A stretch of 64,000 nucleotides of DNA from Eledone cirrhosa (GCA_964016885.1 OZ024746.1:72478001-72542000), one strand, 5' to 3'. Counted from the first letter of the stretch, positions 29,226-43,669 are shown. The notes: a model not told the origin generated them from the sequence alone. Made by a program: numbers and translations.

Positions 29226-29342
29226 CTACTACTACTGTTGCTGCTGCTGCTGCTATTGCTGCTGCTACTGCCACTCGTGCTGCTGACACTACTTCTACTA
29301 TTGCTGCTGTTGTGTTGGTGTGCTACTACCACCACCACCACA

Positions 29343-29373
<31 letters not shown>

Positions 29374-29950
29374 TTACTACTACTACTACTACTACTGCTG
29401 CTGCTACTACTGTTGCTGCTGCTGTTGCTGCCACTACTACCACTTCTGTTACTATTAGTGCTACTGTTGCAGTTAGTGGTGTTATCCTTGCTGCGGCTGC
29501 GGCTGCTGTTGTTGTTTTTGCTGTTGATGATGCAGCCGTTGTTGTTGTTATTGTTGTTATTGTTGTTGTCGTTGTTACTCTAGCTCTTGTTCCTTCTTCT
29601 TCTTCTTCTTCTTCTTCTCCTTCATCTTCTTTTTCTTCTTCTTCTTTTTCTTTTTCTTCTTCTTCTTTTTCTTTTTCTTTTTCTTCCCTTTCTTCTTCCG
29701 TCTTCACTCTTCCTTCTTCCATCTTTCTCGACCTTCTTCTCCTCTTTCCTCTTCCTTCTCCTCCTTCCTCTTCCTACTCCTCCTTCCTCTTCCTACTTTC
29801 CCTTCCTGTTCTTCTTTTCTTCTTCTTGCTGTTCAACGTTTGGTCCCCCCTCTGCTGGACACAAAATCGCGAAAATCTCTTCCAAATGCAAAAACTGGAT
29901 TAAGATTCTCTTCTCACACCATCGGATTTAATTATCTTTGTTGTTGTCAC

Positions 29951-29987
<37 letters not shown>

Positions 29988-30010
29988 ATCATCATCATCA
30001 TCATCATTGT
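27700..30010. repeat. Trinucleotide low-complexity block (GGT/GCT, ACT, TCT, GTT, ATC)
   Basis: Direct reading; the block spans the gap. Confidence 0.85.
28442..28641. other. Assembly gap (200 N)
   Basis: Run of N. Confidence 1.
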
Positions 30011-30612
30011 CCTCATCGTCATCATTACCGTTATTATTGCTTCAGTAGAATATATATACACTACACACACACATTTATACATACATTTATATGCTAAACT
30101 ATATACACTATATATATTTATCTATATATATACATACACACACGCATACATACATATACACATATATACATACATACATACGTACATACACACGTACATA
30201 CATACATACATACATACATACATACATACATACATACATACATACATACATACATCATATATACATACATACATACATACGTACATACATACATACGTAC
30301 GTACATACATACATACATACATACATACATACATACATACATACATACATACACACATACATACATACATACATACATACATACACACATACATACATAC
30401 ATATCTGTTACTACAATTGACACCTGTTCTTGTTGTTGTTGTTGTTGATGGTGGTGGTGGTGGTGGTGGTGTTGTCAGCTGGACAATAGTTGCACGGAAT
30501 ATATCCTACACCATTGACATCTTGCGGTCAAAAGGTAAGTAGTGGTTGCTTCTCTCGTTACTATTTTACTTTTCCTACAAGCCTGTCTGCATGTGTGTGT
30601 GTGTGCGTGCGC

Positions 30613-30691
<79 letters not shown>

Positions 30692-30773
30692 TGTGTGTGT
30701 GTGCGCGTGTGTTGGTGGGTGTATATATAATTAGATATATACTTAAGTATACATATATGCATATATATATATA

Positions 30774-30821
<48 letters not shown>

Positions 30822-31020
30822 TATATATATATATATATATATATATACATGCATATATATACTTAAGTATATATCTAACTAAGTATATATATTTATAGGT
30901 ATAATTTAGAAATGGTTTCTACAGGATTAGAACCGTTTCATTATGCTTATGATATGTATATATATATATATGGGGGGTATGTATATGTGTATATGTGTAT
31001 ATATATGGGGGTTATGTATA

Positions 31021-31058
<38 letters not shown>

Positions 31059-31554
31059 AAGAGAGAGAGAGAGATGGATAGATAGATAGATATAGATGTG
31101 TGTGTGTGTGCGTGTGTATGTATGCATATGAATATATATATGGTGATATGTATGTATGTGTAGATGCATGTAGTTATATAATATACCTAATTATATATTA
31201 TATATGTGTTTTTTCATGGTCTCGTTGGTGATGGTCACTTACAGCATGTTTAATGGGTGTATATATGAGTGTATATATGAACAGTAATGGGATAATTCAA
31301 CTCACACTCACACACATATATAGACTATGTATGTATTTGTGACGGCGTCTGTGTGTATTTGTACTCTATATGTGTGTGTATGTGTTATATAGGTGTATAT
31401 GCATGTTTGTGTGCATGTATGTATAAACACACACACACACGCGCGCGCGCACATACTCACTCTACAATCCTGTCCATCAAACTAGTGTCTGTGTCCGCAT
31501 ATGCGTGTGTAAGTGTGTATGTGTGCTTGTGAAGACGAGGAAATGGAAGCTGTA

Positions 31555-31609
<55 letters not shown>

Positions 31610-31969
31610 ATATGTAAATGTGTGTGTGTATGTATGCATATGTATGTGTATATGCATGTGTATGTATTTGTATATGTGTGTTCATATGTGTGTGTGCGTT
31701 TGTCAAGACGAGAAAAAGGAAGCTATATACGTGTGTGTATATGTATTTATGTGTAAGTTTATGTCTGTGTATGCGGAGGGGGGATGTACGTGTGCGCCTG
31801 TTTGCATGTGTCTATGTGTATGTGTGTATACATGCGGAGAGGAGAGAGAGTGAGAGTCTATATATATATATAATATATATATATACATATATATATATAT
31901 GACTACCCAAGAAAATTCAACTAAGGTATGATTTCCTTGGCTATGTCAAAATTTATAAAACCCTCTTTG

Positions 31970-32040
31970 TATTTTATCTGATGAAAGCGTACCACAGTTT
32001 TTTTTTTTTTTGATACCCTTGAAATGTATATAATAGAATA
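31970..32040 (+). ncRNA. Family B minimal type I hammerhead, intact core
   Basis: tattttat CTGATGA aagcgtacca..tgataccctt GAAA tgtata TA atagaata, within remnant ~31940-32085. Confidence 0.75.
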
Positions 32041-32104
32041 AATATGGTTTTATAAATATAGTTTCCATTTATTTAATATCAATATTATATATATATATAC
32101 ACAT

Positions 32105-32267
<163 letters not shown>

Positions 32268-32367
32268 TATATATATAAATACATATATATATATACACAC
32301 CAAGGGCGGTGCCCCAGCATGGCCTCAGCCGGATGGCTGGAACAGGTAAAAGAGTAAAAGAGTATAC

Positions 32368-32430
<63 letters not shown>

Positions 32431-32508
32431 GAGTATATATATATATATATATAAACATCGAGTGCTCACCTGGATGAATCTACAGTAACTTCACGTTACA
32501 CTCCCTGG

Positions 32509-32595
<87 letters not shown>

Positions 32596-32749
32596 GGGGG
32601 GGGAGAATAACGTGAGATATCGCTGTATAATTCATGGTGTGATACGAATAGATTGTTGGTGTTGAAGTGTGGATTGAAGTTGTCTCTGGACTGTCTTTAC
32701 TTTGACTGTGTGTATGTCTGTGACACTGTCTTTCTCTGTGTATGTGTGT

Positions 32750-32784
32750 GCGTGTGTACGCCTGTGTCTGAGTGTGTATGTCTA

Positions 32785-32822
<38 letters not shown>

Positions 32823-33334
32823 CATGTGTCTGACTGTGTCTTTCTCTGTGTATGTGTTTGTGTGTGTATGCCTGTGTCTGAGTGTGTCTGTCTATGTTTG
32901 TGTGTGTGTGTGTGTGTATGCCTGTGTCTGAGTGTGTCTGTCTATGTTTGTTTGTGTGTGTGTGTGTGTATGCCTGTGTCTGAGTGTGTCTGTCTATGTT
33001 TGTGTGTGTGTGTGTGTGTGTGTATGCCTGTGTCTGAGTGTGTCTGTCTATGTTTGTTTGTGTGTGTGTGTGTGTATGCCTGTGTCTGAGTGTGTCTGTC
33101 TATGTTTGTGTGTGTGTGTGTGTATGCCTGTGTTTGAGTGTGTATGTCTATGTTTGTGTGTGTGTATGCCTGTGTTTGGGTGTGTATGTCTATGTTTGTG
33201 TGTATGTGTGTGTGTGCCTGTGTTTGGGTGTGTATGTCTATGTTTGTGTGTGTGTATGTTTATGCCTGTGTCTGAGTGTGTCTGTCTATGTTTGTGTGTG
33301 TGTGTGTATGCCTGTGTTTGAGTGTGTCTGTCTA

Positions 33335-33365
<31 letters not shown>

Positions 33366-33526
33366 ATGCCTGTGTCTGAGTGTGTCTGTCTATGTTTATG
33401 TGTGTGTGTGTATGCCTGTGTCTGAGTGTGTCTGTCTATGTTTGTGTGTGTGTGTGTATGCCTGTGTCTGAGTGTGTCTGTCTATGTTTGTGTGTGTGTG
33501 TGTATGCCTGTGTCTGAGTGTGTATG

Positions 33527-33557
<31 letters not shown>

Positions 33558-33718
33558 ATGCCTGTGTCTGAGTGTGTCTGTCTATGTTTATGTGTGTGTG
33601 TGTATGCCTGTGTTTGAGTGTGTCTGTCTATGTTTGTGTGTGTGTGTGTGTATGCCTGTGTCTGAGTGTGTCTGTCTATGTTTGTGTGTGTGTGTATGCC
33701 TGTGTCTGAGTGTGTATG

Positions 33719-33758
<40 letters not shown>

Positions 33759-34354
33759 CCTGTGTTTGAGTGTGTCTGTCTATGTTTGTGTGTGTGTATG
33801 CCTGTGTCTGAGTGTGTCTGTCTATGTTTGTGTGTGTGTGTGTGTGTGTATGCCTGTGTCTGAGTGTGTCTGTCTATGTTTGTGTGTGTGTGTATGTGTG
33901 CCTGTGTCAGTGTGATTATTCGTGTGTTTGTGACTATTCGTGTGTATACGTGTGTGTGTATTCCTGTGTCAGTGTGACTGTTCGTGTGTGTGTGTGTGTA
34001 TTCCTGTGTCAGTGTGACTGTTCGTGTGTGTGTGTGTGTGTGTGTGTGTATCTGTATCAGTTTGACTGTTCGTGTGTGTGTGTGTGTATTCCTGTGTCAG
34101 TGTGACTGTTCGTGTGTATGTGTGTGTGTGTGTGTGTATGTATCTGTGTCAGTTTGACTGTTCGTGTGTGTGTGCGTGTATGTCTGTGTCACTGTTCGTG
34201 TGTGTGTGTGTATGTCTGTGTCAGTGTCATTATTCGTGTGTGTGTGTGTGTGTATGTCTGTGTGACTATTCGTGTGTGTGTGTGTATGTCTGTGTCAGTG
34301 TCATTATTCATGTGTGTGTGTGTGTGTATGCCTGTGTCAGTGTCACTGTTCGTG

Positions 34355-34385
<31 letters not shown>

Positions 34386-35225
34386 CTGTGTCAGTGTCAC
34401 TGTTCGTGTGTATGTGTGTGTGTGTATGCCTGTGTCAGTGTCACTGTTCGTATATGTGTGGGTGTGTGTGTGCATGTCTGTGTCAGTGTCGCTATTCGTG
34501 TGTGTGTGTAGGCCTGTGTTAGTGTCACTGTTCGTATATGTGTGTGTGTGTGTATGTCTGTGTCAGTGTCACTGTTCGTGTGTGTGTGTAGGCCTGTGTT
34601 AGTGTGACTATTTGTGTGTGTTTGTGTATGCATGTGTCAGTGTACCTCTGTGTACATGTGTGTACCTGTGTGTGTCCGTCTGTACGTCTGTGTGTGCGTA
34701 CCTGTGTGTGTGTCTACGTCTGTGTGTGTGTACCTGTGTGTGTACATGTGTGTGTACCTGTGTGTGTCTGTATGTGTATCTGTGTGTGTCTGTGTGTGTC
34801 TGTGTGTGTGTGTGTACCTGTGTGTGTCTGTGTCCATATGTATACCTGTGTATGTCTATGTGTGTAACTATGCCTGTCCATGTGTGTGTGTATGGGTATG
34901 TGTGTGTGTAAAGGATGGAAAGAAAGAGAGATGTGTGTGTTTATATGTGTGTATGCATGTGTGTGCGTTCACGTCTATGTGCATGCATGTGTGTGCGTGC
35001 ATGTGTATGCATGTGTGTGTGCGTTCACGTGTATGTGCATGCATGTGTGTGCGTGTATGTGTATGCATGTGTGTGTGCGTTCACGTGTATGTGCATGCAT
35101 GTGTGTGCGTGTATGTGTATGCATGTGTGTGTGCGTTCACGTGTATGTGCATGCATGTGTGTGTGTGTGTATGTGTATGCATGTGTGTGTGTGTATGTGC
35201 ATGTGTGTGTGTATGTATGTGTATG

Positions 35226-35259
<34 letters not shown>

Positions 35260-35515
35260 CATGTGTGTGTGTGTGTGTGCATGTGTGTGTGTGTGTGTGT
35301 ATGTGTGTGTATGCATGTGTGTGTGTGTGTGCATGTGTGTGTGTGTGTATGCATGTGTGTGTGTGTATGTGTATGTGTGTGTGTGTGTGTGTGTATGTGC
35401 ATGTGTGTGTGTGTATGTGTGTGTGTGTGTGTGTGTATGTGCATGTGTGTGTGTGTGTATGTGTATGCATGTGTGTATGTGTGTATGTGCATGTGTGTGT
35501 GTGTGTGTATGCATG
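32750..35515. repeat. (TG)n-based minisatellite array with successive unit types
   Basis: ATGCCTGTGTCTGAGTGTGTCTGTCTATGTT(TG)n to about 33900, TGTCAGTGTCACTGTTCG(TG)n to about 34610, then ATGCAT(GT)n. Confidence 0.95.
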
Positions 35516-35771
35516 TGAAGGGTGGCAATGATGAAGTGTGTGAACGAAACAACAAGGTACTGGATACACGAACTTGAGAAATTATTTCACTCGTTTATTC
35601 TGCTATTCTCTTAGTCATTCCGTCATTCCGTCATTCCGTCATTCCATCATTCTGTCGTTATTTCGAGTACTGAGGCAGTCGGCAACTGTGAAACTCAGAG
35701 TATTGACTGAGTCAAGAAAGCTTTAATTTCCATTAATCGAATTATTGCCTCCACACACACTCTACACTCTT

Positions 35772-35911
<140 letters not shown>

Positions 35912-36006
35912 AAATCTTACGTTAAAAATGTTTCATCTTGATGTTATAGTCACTTATATGTCTGAATTATTGTCGGCTTTTTGCTTACATTAATTTCTCT
36001 ATTTTC

Positions 36007-36088
<82 letters not shown>

Positions 36089-36163
36089 TATGGAATACTG
36101 TTGGCTTCTCGCTACAACAATTTCTATACTTTTCATTTATATATATATATATATATATGTATA

Positions 36164-37388
36164 CGGTGGGAAAGGAGACTTAAAGATCTCCTTAATGAAA
36201 GCTCCATAGACCTCATCATGTACTCTCGTTATGTAGACGATATCAATATAGTTATAAGAACACCCCCACTAGAGAGCACTAACAAGTTTGAATTAGAACG
36301 TAGCACGATGGAAAGCATCCAGCAGATAGCTAATTCCATACACCAGAGTATAACTGTAACTATCGACTTCCCTTCCAAACACCCTAACAATAGACTACCT
36401 GTATTAGACACAGAACTCTGGATTAACACTATAGACGAGAGAGCCCAAATTCTCCACTCACACTATGCTAAACCCATGGCCTCCAAATACCTGATACTCA
36501 AAAACTCAGCAATGTCCAGTAGTGCTAAGTTTAATATTCTGATCGCAGATTTGGTACGAGTGATGAAGAATGTGTCCAGCATGTGCGACCCAACAGAAAT
36601 GGAAAGACACATCCAACACTTCATCAACCGCATCCAGTTCTCTGGCTACAACCAAAGAGACAGAGTCAGAGTATACGAAGGAGCCATGGAAAAGTATAAG
36701 ACCCTCATAGAACTGGACATGAAAGGAATTTGCCCATTATACAGGAGCAAATCATGGAATAGCTTAGATAGGGCTAGACATAAGATAGGGAAGGCCACAT
36801 CATGGTACGACAACCAGAGATATCAGAGTGTCATGTTTGTGGACGCCACCCCTGGAGGGAAACTAGCTAACCAGTGTAGAAAGGCTCTGAGAAAGACCCA
36901 CTTAAAAATAAAGGTGGTAGAAAAGCCAGGAACCACCATAAAATCCCTGATCAGCAAAACCTACCCCTTTAAGAAAACCCACTGTACCAATAGGAAATGT
37001 ATCATATGTAAGGTGAACCCCCGGATAAACTGTAAAACTAGAAACGTAGTCTATAGCATAAGATGTACAGAGGGTACTTGCAGAAACATGACAACAACAT
37101 ACATAGGCGAAACAGCTCGTAGCATAGGTGAAAGGATAGACCAACACTGGGGGGGAACTAAAAGGACGAAAAAACGGGTCAGTACTATACGAACATGCTA
37201 GACAACAACATGACGGTAACATAGACAACATAGAAATTAGAATAATATCTAAACATAGGAATGACCCAGCAGATAGGCAAATCAGAGAGGCCAGTGAAAT
37301 AGAAATTAGAAGACCAAAGCTAAACAGAAAGAATGAGTGGAACAACAACAACACCCAAACAAACAACACTGACCTAAGAGAAGTATAA
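36164..37388 (+). pseudogene. 5'-truncated Penelope-like ORF: RT C-terminal half, Cys linker and GIY-YIG endonuclease (Naiad-like)
   Basis: RYVDD, LPVLD, KPMAS..SA, CxxxxCxxC linker and VVYSIRC..C..YIGETARSIGERIDQH. After a frameshift near 37150-37170 it continues ..EHARQQH..RQIREA..LNRKNEW..stop. Element runs to (TA)n at about 37910. Confidence 0.9.
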
Positions 37389-37924
37389 ATAAGTAAATAA
37401 AATAAAATAAAATAAGATAAATAAATACATACACAAACACAATAACAATAAGCACATAAACACACACTAGTCACCCAGCAGACACAACACTATACACACT
37501 AATCACACAGCAAACGTAACACTATACACACACGCAAACGCATGCGCAAAGAAGACAAAATAAAATAAACAAACAAGCAAATAAATAAATAAATATATAG
37601 ACAGACGGAATAAAAAATGGCGTAGACATACAACACAACAGGAGGAAAAAATATAACACCACTGACGATGTTGCAGATGTGCAACGAAAGATTTATGTAA
37701 ATTATGTAAACTATATATATGTGTTTGTGTCTATATTGTATCTGTATTATTTTTGACCGTCGGTCAGTCAATGGCAACATTGAGGACCGATTAAGTTAGA
37801 TCGCAGATATAAAAGACAGCGAGAAGCGAAAACCAACCAAACAGTGAGTGTGTTCTGTTATTAATTCTGGCAATATTACACAAATATGACCCTCCCCAAG
37901 TATAACAATATATGTATATATATA

Positions 37925-38151
37925 TAGAAGTGGTTACACAACAGAGTTAGTTCACCATACCGAGAACAATTGTGTTTCACCTTAGCGGATCCTCAGCTCG
38001 TAATCAAAACTTACGAGCTGAGGATCCGCTAAGGTGAAACAATTGTTCTCGGTATGGTGAACTAACTCTGTTGTGTAACCACTTCTACCTAACTCGTCCC
38101 ATGGAGTGAGTGCTCTACCACTACGGATATTACCTTCCAGTGTTCTACCAC
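37925..38151 (+). mobile_element. Family E remnant: fold-back containing a minimal hammerhead
   Basis: Arms 37925-38003 / 38011-38087. cgag CTGAGGA tccgctaaggt GAAA caattg TT ctcg (38014-38051), weak stem II. Confidence 0.8.
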
Positions 38152-38170
38152 TATATATATATATATATAT

Positions 38171-38219
<49 letters not shown>

Positions 38220-38225
<6 letters not shown>

Positions 38226-38716
38226 GTTAGAAACTCAGAGTCGTCTCTTACAATTGTACAATTGTAAGAGACGACTCTGAGTTTCTAACTCACTATATAT
38301 TTGTCGGCTCCATCATGTAGAGCTAATTTTAATGTCATGTTAACCAGGCTGCTATTTTTAGCGGCATACGATTTCGAGACATGCTGGGTTCCGAAGACAC
38401 GTGCGATAATTCTTATCGCACACAATTCAGTCTTCTAATATTTTTAAAAGTGGAAGGATCACTAATTTCTTAACAACTACTGAAGAGCAAAGAAAAGTGT
38501 GGACTTCACTTAATAAGATGTTGCGCAACAGTTTCCAAAGCTGTCTAGTTGTTACCAGGCGATTGCCCAATATAGGTCTATATTTTTTCTTAATTTACTA
38601 CTTAAAATTAAGTCTGACAAACCATATTGTATTTTTCACCCTAGCAAAACTAGTCCTTGCGATTCGAACACATGTATGTTTATATTAGTGTTCATCTCTC
38701 TTGTTTATTCAATTGT
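38220..38716 (+). mobile_element. PLE-type remnant starting with a perfect ~75-bp palindrome
   Basis: AGTGAG..CAATTG TA CAATTG..CTCACT (38221-38294). Internal hammerhead. TA flanks. Confidence 0.8.
38471..38554 (+). ncRNA. Type I hammerhead with full stems and GCAA core variant
   Basis: taacaacta CTGAAGA gcaa..ttgc GCAA cagtttccaaagctg TC tagttgtta: perfect 9-bp stem I. Confidence 0.75.
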
Positions 38717-38738
38717 ATATATATATATACATATATAT

Positions 38739-38907
38739 AACAAATTAATATAGAAAAAGCTTCTGCAGGACTAGAACTGTTTCATTCGAAGGAAACAGGT
38801 CTAGTCCTTAAGAAGCCTTTTCTATATTAAATCTGTTGTATACACTCACTCTACTTATGCATTAAGTAGCTCACTTACTGTAATTGTCCCCAATTGAACC
38901 CAGGACT
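38739..38907 (+). mobile_element. Family I remnant, fold-back beginning at a hammerhead-like GAAA
   Basis: Imperfect arms 38739-38783 / 38792-38838. Ends in (TC)n. Homologue at 60623-60722 (-). Confidence 0.7.
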
Positions 38908-38920
38908 CTCTCTCTCTCTC

Positions 38921-39005
<85 letters not shown>

Positions 39006-39462
39006 CATACACACACATGTATACATACATATATGTATATATATATAGTATATTGGTGTGTAATGTTTAGTTACTATATGTTCACCAGTGTGAGCACTCA
39101 ATCATAATATGGGTCCGGCTACCGATGTGGTACTTCGTTTGGTGTTTCACCATAGTTGGTATCCTTATTAATATCATTCTACACAGTATATGAGTACTTA
39201 AATTTAATGAAGTTTTAGTGTTTTTATCACACAAACTCATGAAACAAAGCTGTGGATTTTCAATTTTATGCACAAGACTTTAATCAACCCGAGGCTCTGG
39301 TAAAAGTCACTTGCCCATGAGGCCTTGAAATAGAATCGAACCTGGGAACTCATTATTAGAATTATTTTAATATAATTATTTCTTAAAATACATTAGAAAT
39401 GCATTTCCAAGCAAGAAATCTTCGAGAGTAAACAATGAACTGAGTTTAGTTCTACATAATAT

Positions 39463-39627
39463 AATTGTTTCTACGTTGGGCACAAGGCCAGCAATTAACC
39501 AGTGTATTACTGGTACTTTATTTTATCGAACCCGTAAGGATGAAAGGCAAAGTTAACCTTGGAATGCCAAGGGCCGTAACTCTATACGTCAAAGCATGGC
39601 GTCCGACCCTCTACCAATACTGCCAAT
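39463..39627 (-). mobile_element. tRNA-derived SINE (internal deletion)
   Basis: Same family as 2250. Confidence 0.8.
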
Positions 39628-39883
39628 CAATATAATATAATATAAAGCGTGTACTGACTGAATCGAAAGGTTTCGAAGCATATATATATAAAAATTCGTT
39701 ATATATATATAGTATACTGGGACACGTGTTACTGCGAACGTGGAAGTAAAACACGTGTCATGGTGTCTTATGTGCCTCTGTGTGTATTTATGTGTGTATG
39801 TATAGTTGCACAGATAGATAGAATGATACATAGCTACATAGATAGATAGATATATAGATAGATAGATAGATTGATAGATAGAC

Positions 39884-39936
<53 letters not shown>

Positions 39937-40420
39937 CATAGATAGATAGATGCAGACACATATATACAAACATACATATATACACACATATATGCACACA
40001 CGTGAAGATATACATACACACATACATGCACATATATACACATACACGCACATACACGCACATACACATACATACATACATACATACATACATACATACA
40101 TACATACATACATACATACATACATACATACATACATCCATACATACATACATATAGTGGGTGGTTGTGGAAGAATGGGTATACAGATTAGGTAGGCCGG
40201 GTCAATAGACTATTTTATAGTCGGGTGTATAGCATGTGTAGTCGGGTGTATATAGTGAATGTCAGTATTGATATAAATCAATAGAGTTTGAGAGTTACAT
40301 TTCTATAAACAGACATTTCATTCATGCTTAGCAAAAATATTCATTCACATTTCACTTGGAACACCACTACACCCTGTTTCACAATATTTTAGTCATGCGT
40401 GTACATAATCATATATACAT

Positions 40421-40451
<31 letters not shown>

Positions 40452-40460
40452 CATATATAC

Positions 40461-40532
<72 letters not shown>

Positions 40533-40677
40533 TTATATCTATATATATATATATACTTAAGGTAAATATTGATGCAATTCCATTCAAGCACTCAACGTAC
40601 TTTTTCCACATAGGATATATATATATATATATGTATTTATAATCTTTTCATATATATGTATATATATATTATATATA

Positions 40678-40740
<63 letters not shown>

Positions 40741-40802
40741 GTGTGTCTGTGTGTGTGTCTGTGTCTGTGTTTGTGTGTGCGTGTGTGTGTGTGTGTCTGT
40801 GT

Positions 40803-40836
<34 letters not shown>

Positions 40837-40975
40837 CTGTGTGTGTGTGTCTGTGTGTGTCTGTGTGTGTCTGTGTCTGTGTTTGTGTGTGTGTCTGTGT
40901 GTGTGTCTGTGTGTTTGTATGTGTGTGTGTCTGTGTCTGTGTTTGTGTGTGTGTGTGTTTGTGTGTGTCTGTATC

Positions 40976-41012
<37 letters not shown>

Positions 41013-41448
41013 CTGCGTATGTGTGTACTCTCATTTTTTATAATTTTGCTGGTTCTTGTCGTTAGACTGCGGCTAAAAAGGATCATCTCGACACCCAGTA
41101 ATTGTTTTAATCAAATCTGGAACCTTTTGCATGAATCGCTTTTTGTCGGACCGCTAAAGTACTGGACATAAACACAGACACAAACATAAACAAGGACGCA
41201 CACACACACACATACACATCCACTCACACACACACACATACACACACACTATATATATATATAACACAGGAACCTCTGTCTCCCTCTCCCCCTCCATCCA
41301 CCCACCACCATCCCTCACACGCCTTACACCCTTTCACCATTTGTTTCATTTTAATTTTTTCTCCTTCCCTTCATCCCCCCCCCCTTTTTTTATGTCTTTC
41401 CACCACTCCCCGTCACATCATCGGAACTCTTTTCCTTCCCACTTTCTC

Positions 41449-41476
41449 CTGATGAAGGGCTTATGCCTGAAACGTC
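41449..41476 (+). ncRNA. Minimal PLE-type hammerhead core (stem I not formed)
   Basis: CTGATGA a gggc-ttat-gcct GAAA cg TC in TA-flanked remnant 41265-41563, whose tail resembles family F. Confidence 0.6.
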
Positions 41477-41561
41477 GTCCCCCACCCCTACTCTCAAGCG
41501 TGAACCTAATACTAATACTTTGTACTGCACTCTTCGTTATTGTTATTGTTTTCTGTTTTAA

Positions 41562-41611
<50 letters not shown>

Positions 41612-41712
41612 GAGGTTATATTTAATTTGTTGGGATTCAACAAGCTTAAACATTTTTATAACTGATATAAAGTACTCAATAGATTAGTGGAGTAAATATA
41701 CAATATATTAAT

Positions 41713-41898
41713 TATTTCTACTTTAGGCACAAGGCCAGCAAATTACCCAGTGCATTACTGGTACTTTATTTTATCGACCCCGTAAGGATGAAAGGCAAAG
41801 TCAACCTCGGCGGGATTTGAACTCAGATCGTAAAGGGACGTAACTATGCTGGAAAGCATGGCGTCCGACCCTCTATCGATACTGCCAATTCACCGCCC
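41713..41898 (-). mobile_element. tRNA-derived SINE with 17-bp TSD
   Basis: ATATACAATATATTAAT at 41696-41712 and 41905-41921. Confidence 0.9.
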
Positions 41899-41951
41899 TT
41901 ATATATATACAATATATTAATAAATGGAAACTATATTTATAAAACCATATT

Positions 41952-42017
41952 TATTTTATTATACATATTTCAAGGGCCACCAAGGTAAATTATGGTGCGC
42001 TTTCATCAGATAAAATA
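41952..42017 (-). ncRNA. Family B minimal type I hammerhead, intact core
   Basis: Minus strand: tattttat CTGATGA aagcgcacca..tggtggccctt GAAA tatgta TA ataaaata. Confidence 0.8.
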
Positions 42018-42081
42018 CAATACAGATTAGTTTTATAAATAAATATTGACATACCCTGGAAAAAGACAACCTTAGCGGTTA

Positions 42082-42970
42082 CCAGAGTACTCGATACTTA
42101 GGGTAGTAGAGTTTGGATCTAGCTGTCGAAACGGCCGGAGCTCAGCCGTCGGGGTCCTGACTCTTTTCCTACATACATATATGCCTGTATTGTAGCGAAA
42201 AATCAGGAGATTATATCCAAAATTAGTAGAGCACTCAGTCCAAAGGACGAGTTCGGTATAGAGTTATTCCACAACAATTACCAAACCATAATTGAGTATA
42301 TGTGTTTCACCTAAGAAGGATTATTCAACTCATGTATAGTTAAAGTGAGAACGGAAGTATTTATGAGATAGACGGAGTCTGCGCAGAAGAGATCAGTATT
42401 TGTTTCCGTGAGAAGGGAACTACCTCGAGTAAACTTAAAGGGGTTAAAGTTTTTAGATAATTAGCACACAACTCATGCCACACGCATATTACACATAGAT
42501 TAATTAAGACTGAAAGTTCAAACACTCCGGAATTACTTCACTTGTTTCCGAAATGAACCTCTCGTCTGTTTAAAACCAAATATAGTCGGCTAAATGTGAG
42601 TCCTTTTTCGCATTTTTTGTCTGAGTGCCTGGTGATGGGCCAGTTTTGAAGAGCCTCTTCCACTCTACAGTGATGGCTATAACTGGATCCCGAAACCAAT
42701 GATCGCGCATAAATGTTGAGTGTATAAAACGTTATTTATACAATATATACACGTAGAGAACATATACGAACGATCAATCGTTATCTAAAAAATGTTAGTA
42801 CTGTATCCCCTGGTCAACTATGTCTACTTATAGAACCATATATATGATATATATATAACAAAGAAAGTGTGGTAAGAAACCAGGTGGACCATAACGCACC
42901 AGAGTACTCGATACTTAGGGTAGTACTTAGGTAATAGGAAAAGAGTCAGGACCCCGACGGCTGAGCTCCT
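42082..42970 (-). mobile_element. Cluster: family A pieces (42082-42171, 42856-42970) around a family E relative (~42190-42840)
   Basis: Homology to 1675-1868 and to 38040-38151 (TAGAGCACTCA.TCCA..GGACGAGTT). Confidence 0.7.
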
Positions 42971-43273
42971 ATATATATATATATGAAAAGACGCATGCCC
43001 AAGGTGCTATACAATAGAACTGAATCTGAAACCAGGTGATTACCAAGCGATCTCTTTAATCAGACGACCATGTGTGAGTATGTATGTATGTCTATTAAGA
43101 AGTTATTTATCTCTAATACTTAGACATCTCTATGAATGGATAGAATATACAGATAAATTATCAAACTCAAAGAGGAAATTTAACATATTAAACTTATGCC
43201 AAAATCTCAATTTGGGGATATATGAGTTAGACCAGCTTATTTTCATCGGTCTGACTTATACATACATATACGC

Positions 43274-43459
43274 TAAGTAAAAAGTGGTAGTGACTTCGAA
43301 GTTTCAGCTTAGTCGCTTCATCTGGCCGCCAGATGAAGCAATCAAGGTGAAACTTCGAAGTCACTGCCACGTTTCTACTTATAAAATAAATCTATATATT
43401 CTAGCAAGCAGTATTAAGTGCTCAAGTTAATATCTGAATGTTTTAAATGCTACATTTTA

Positions 43460-43462
<3 letters not shown>
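43274..43462 (+). mobile_element. Fold-back remnant with apex immediately 5' of a hammerhead core
   Basis: Arms 43274-43326 / 43328-43381. CAGATGA..GAAA cttcgaag TC (43330-43362). Ends in (CA)n. Confidence 0.75.
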
Positions 43463-43521
<59 letters not shown>

Positions 43522-43669
43522 GACGACGAGGCAGTGTAGCGACACGCTACATCATTCGTCTCTGGGTCAAAAACATAAACACACAATTTTTTTTCTTCTT
43601 TGTTTTTTTCTTTGCTTATTTCCTTAAAGTTTACCATCATTCCGTTGGCATACCTCTATTGCCCAATTT

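Larger units (their letters stand above)
41608..42062 (-). mobile_element. Family B remnant interrupted by a SINE
   Basis: Reverse-complement match to 17580-17816. Confidence 0.85.

Noticed and set aside
28396-29903. His/Pro-rich 297-aa ORF and neighbouring poly-amino-acid ORFs
   Set aside because: Trinucleotide repeats are open in several frames, and the longest ORF runs through the N gap.
36164-37909. Selenocysteine recoding as reported for some Naiad PLEs
   Set aside because: Linker and endonuclease cysteines are ordinary codons, with no in-frame TGA.
39130-42340. Further hammerhead traces at about 39130-39172 (-) and 42292-42336 (-)
   Set aside because: Cores are too decayed (ATAAGGA, TTGAATA) to count.
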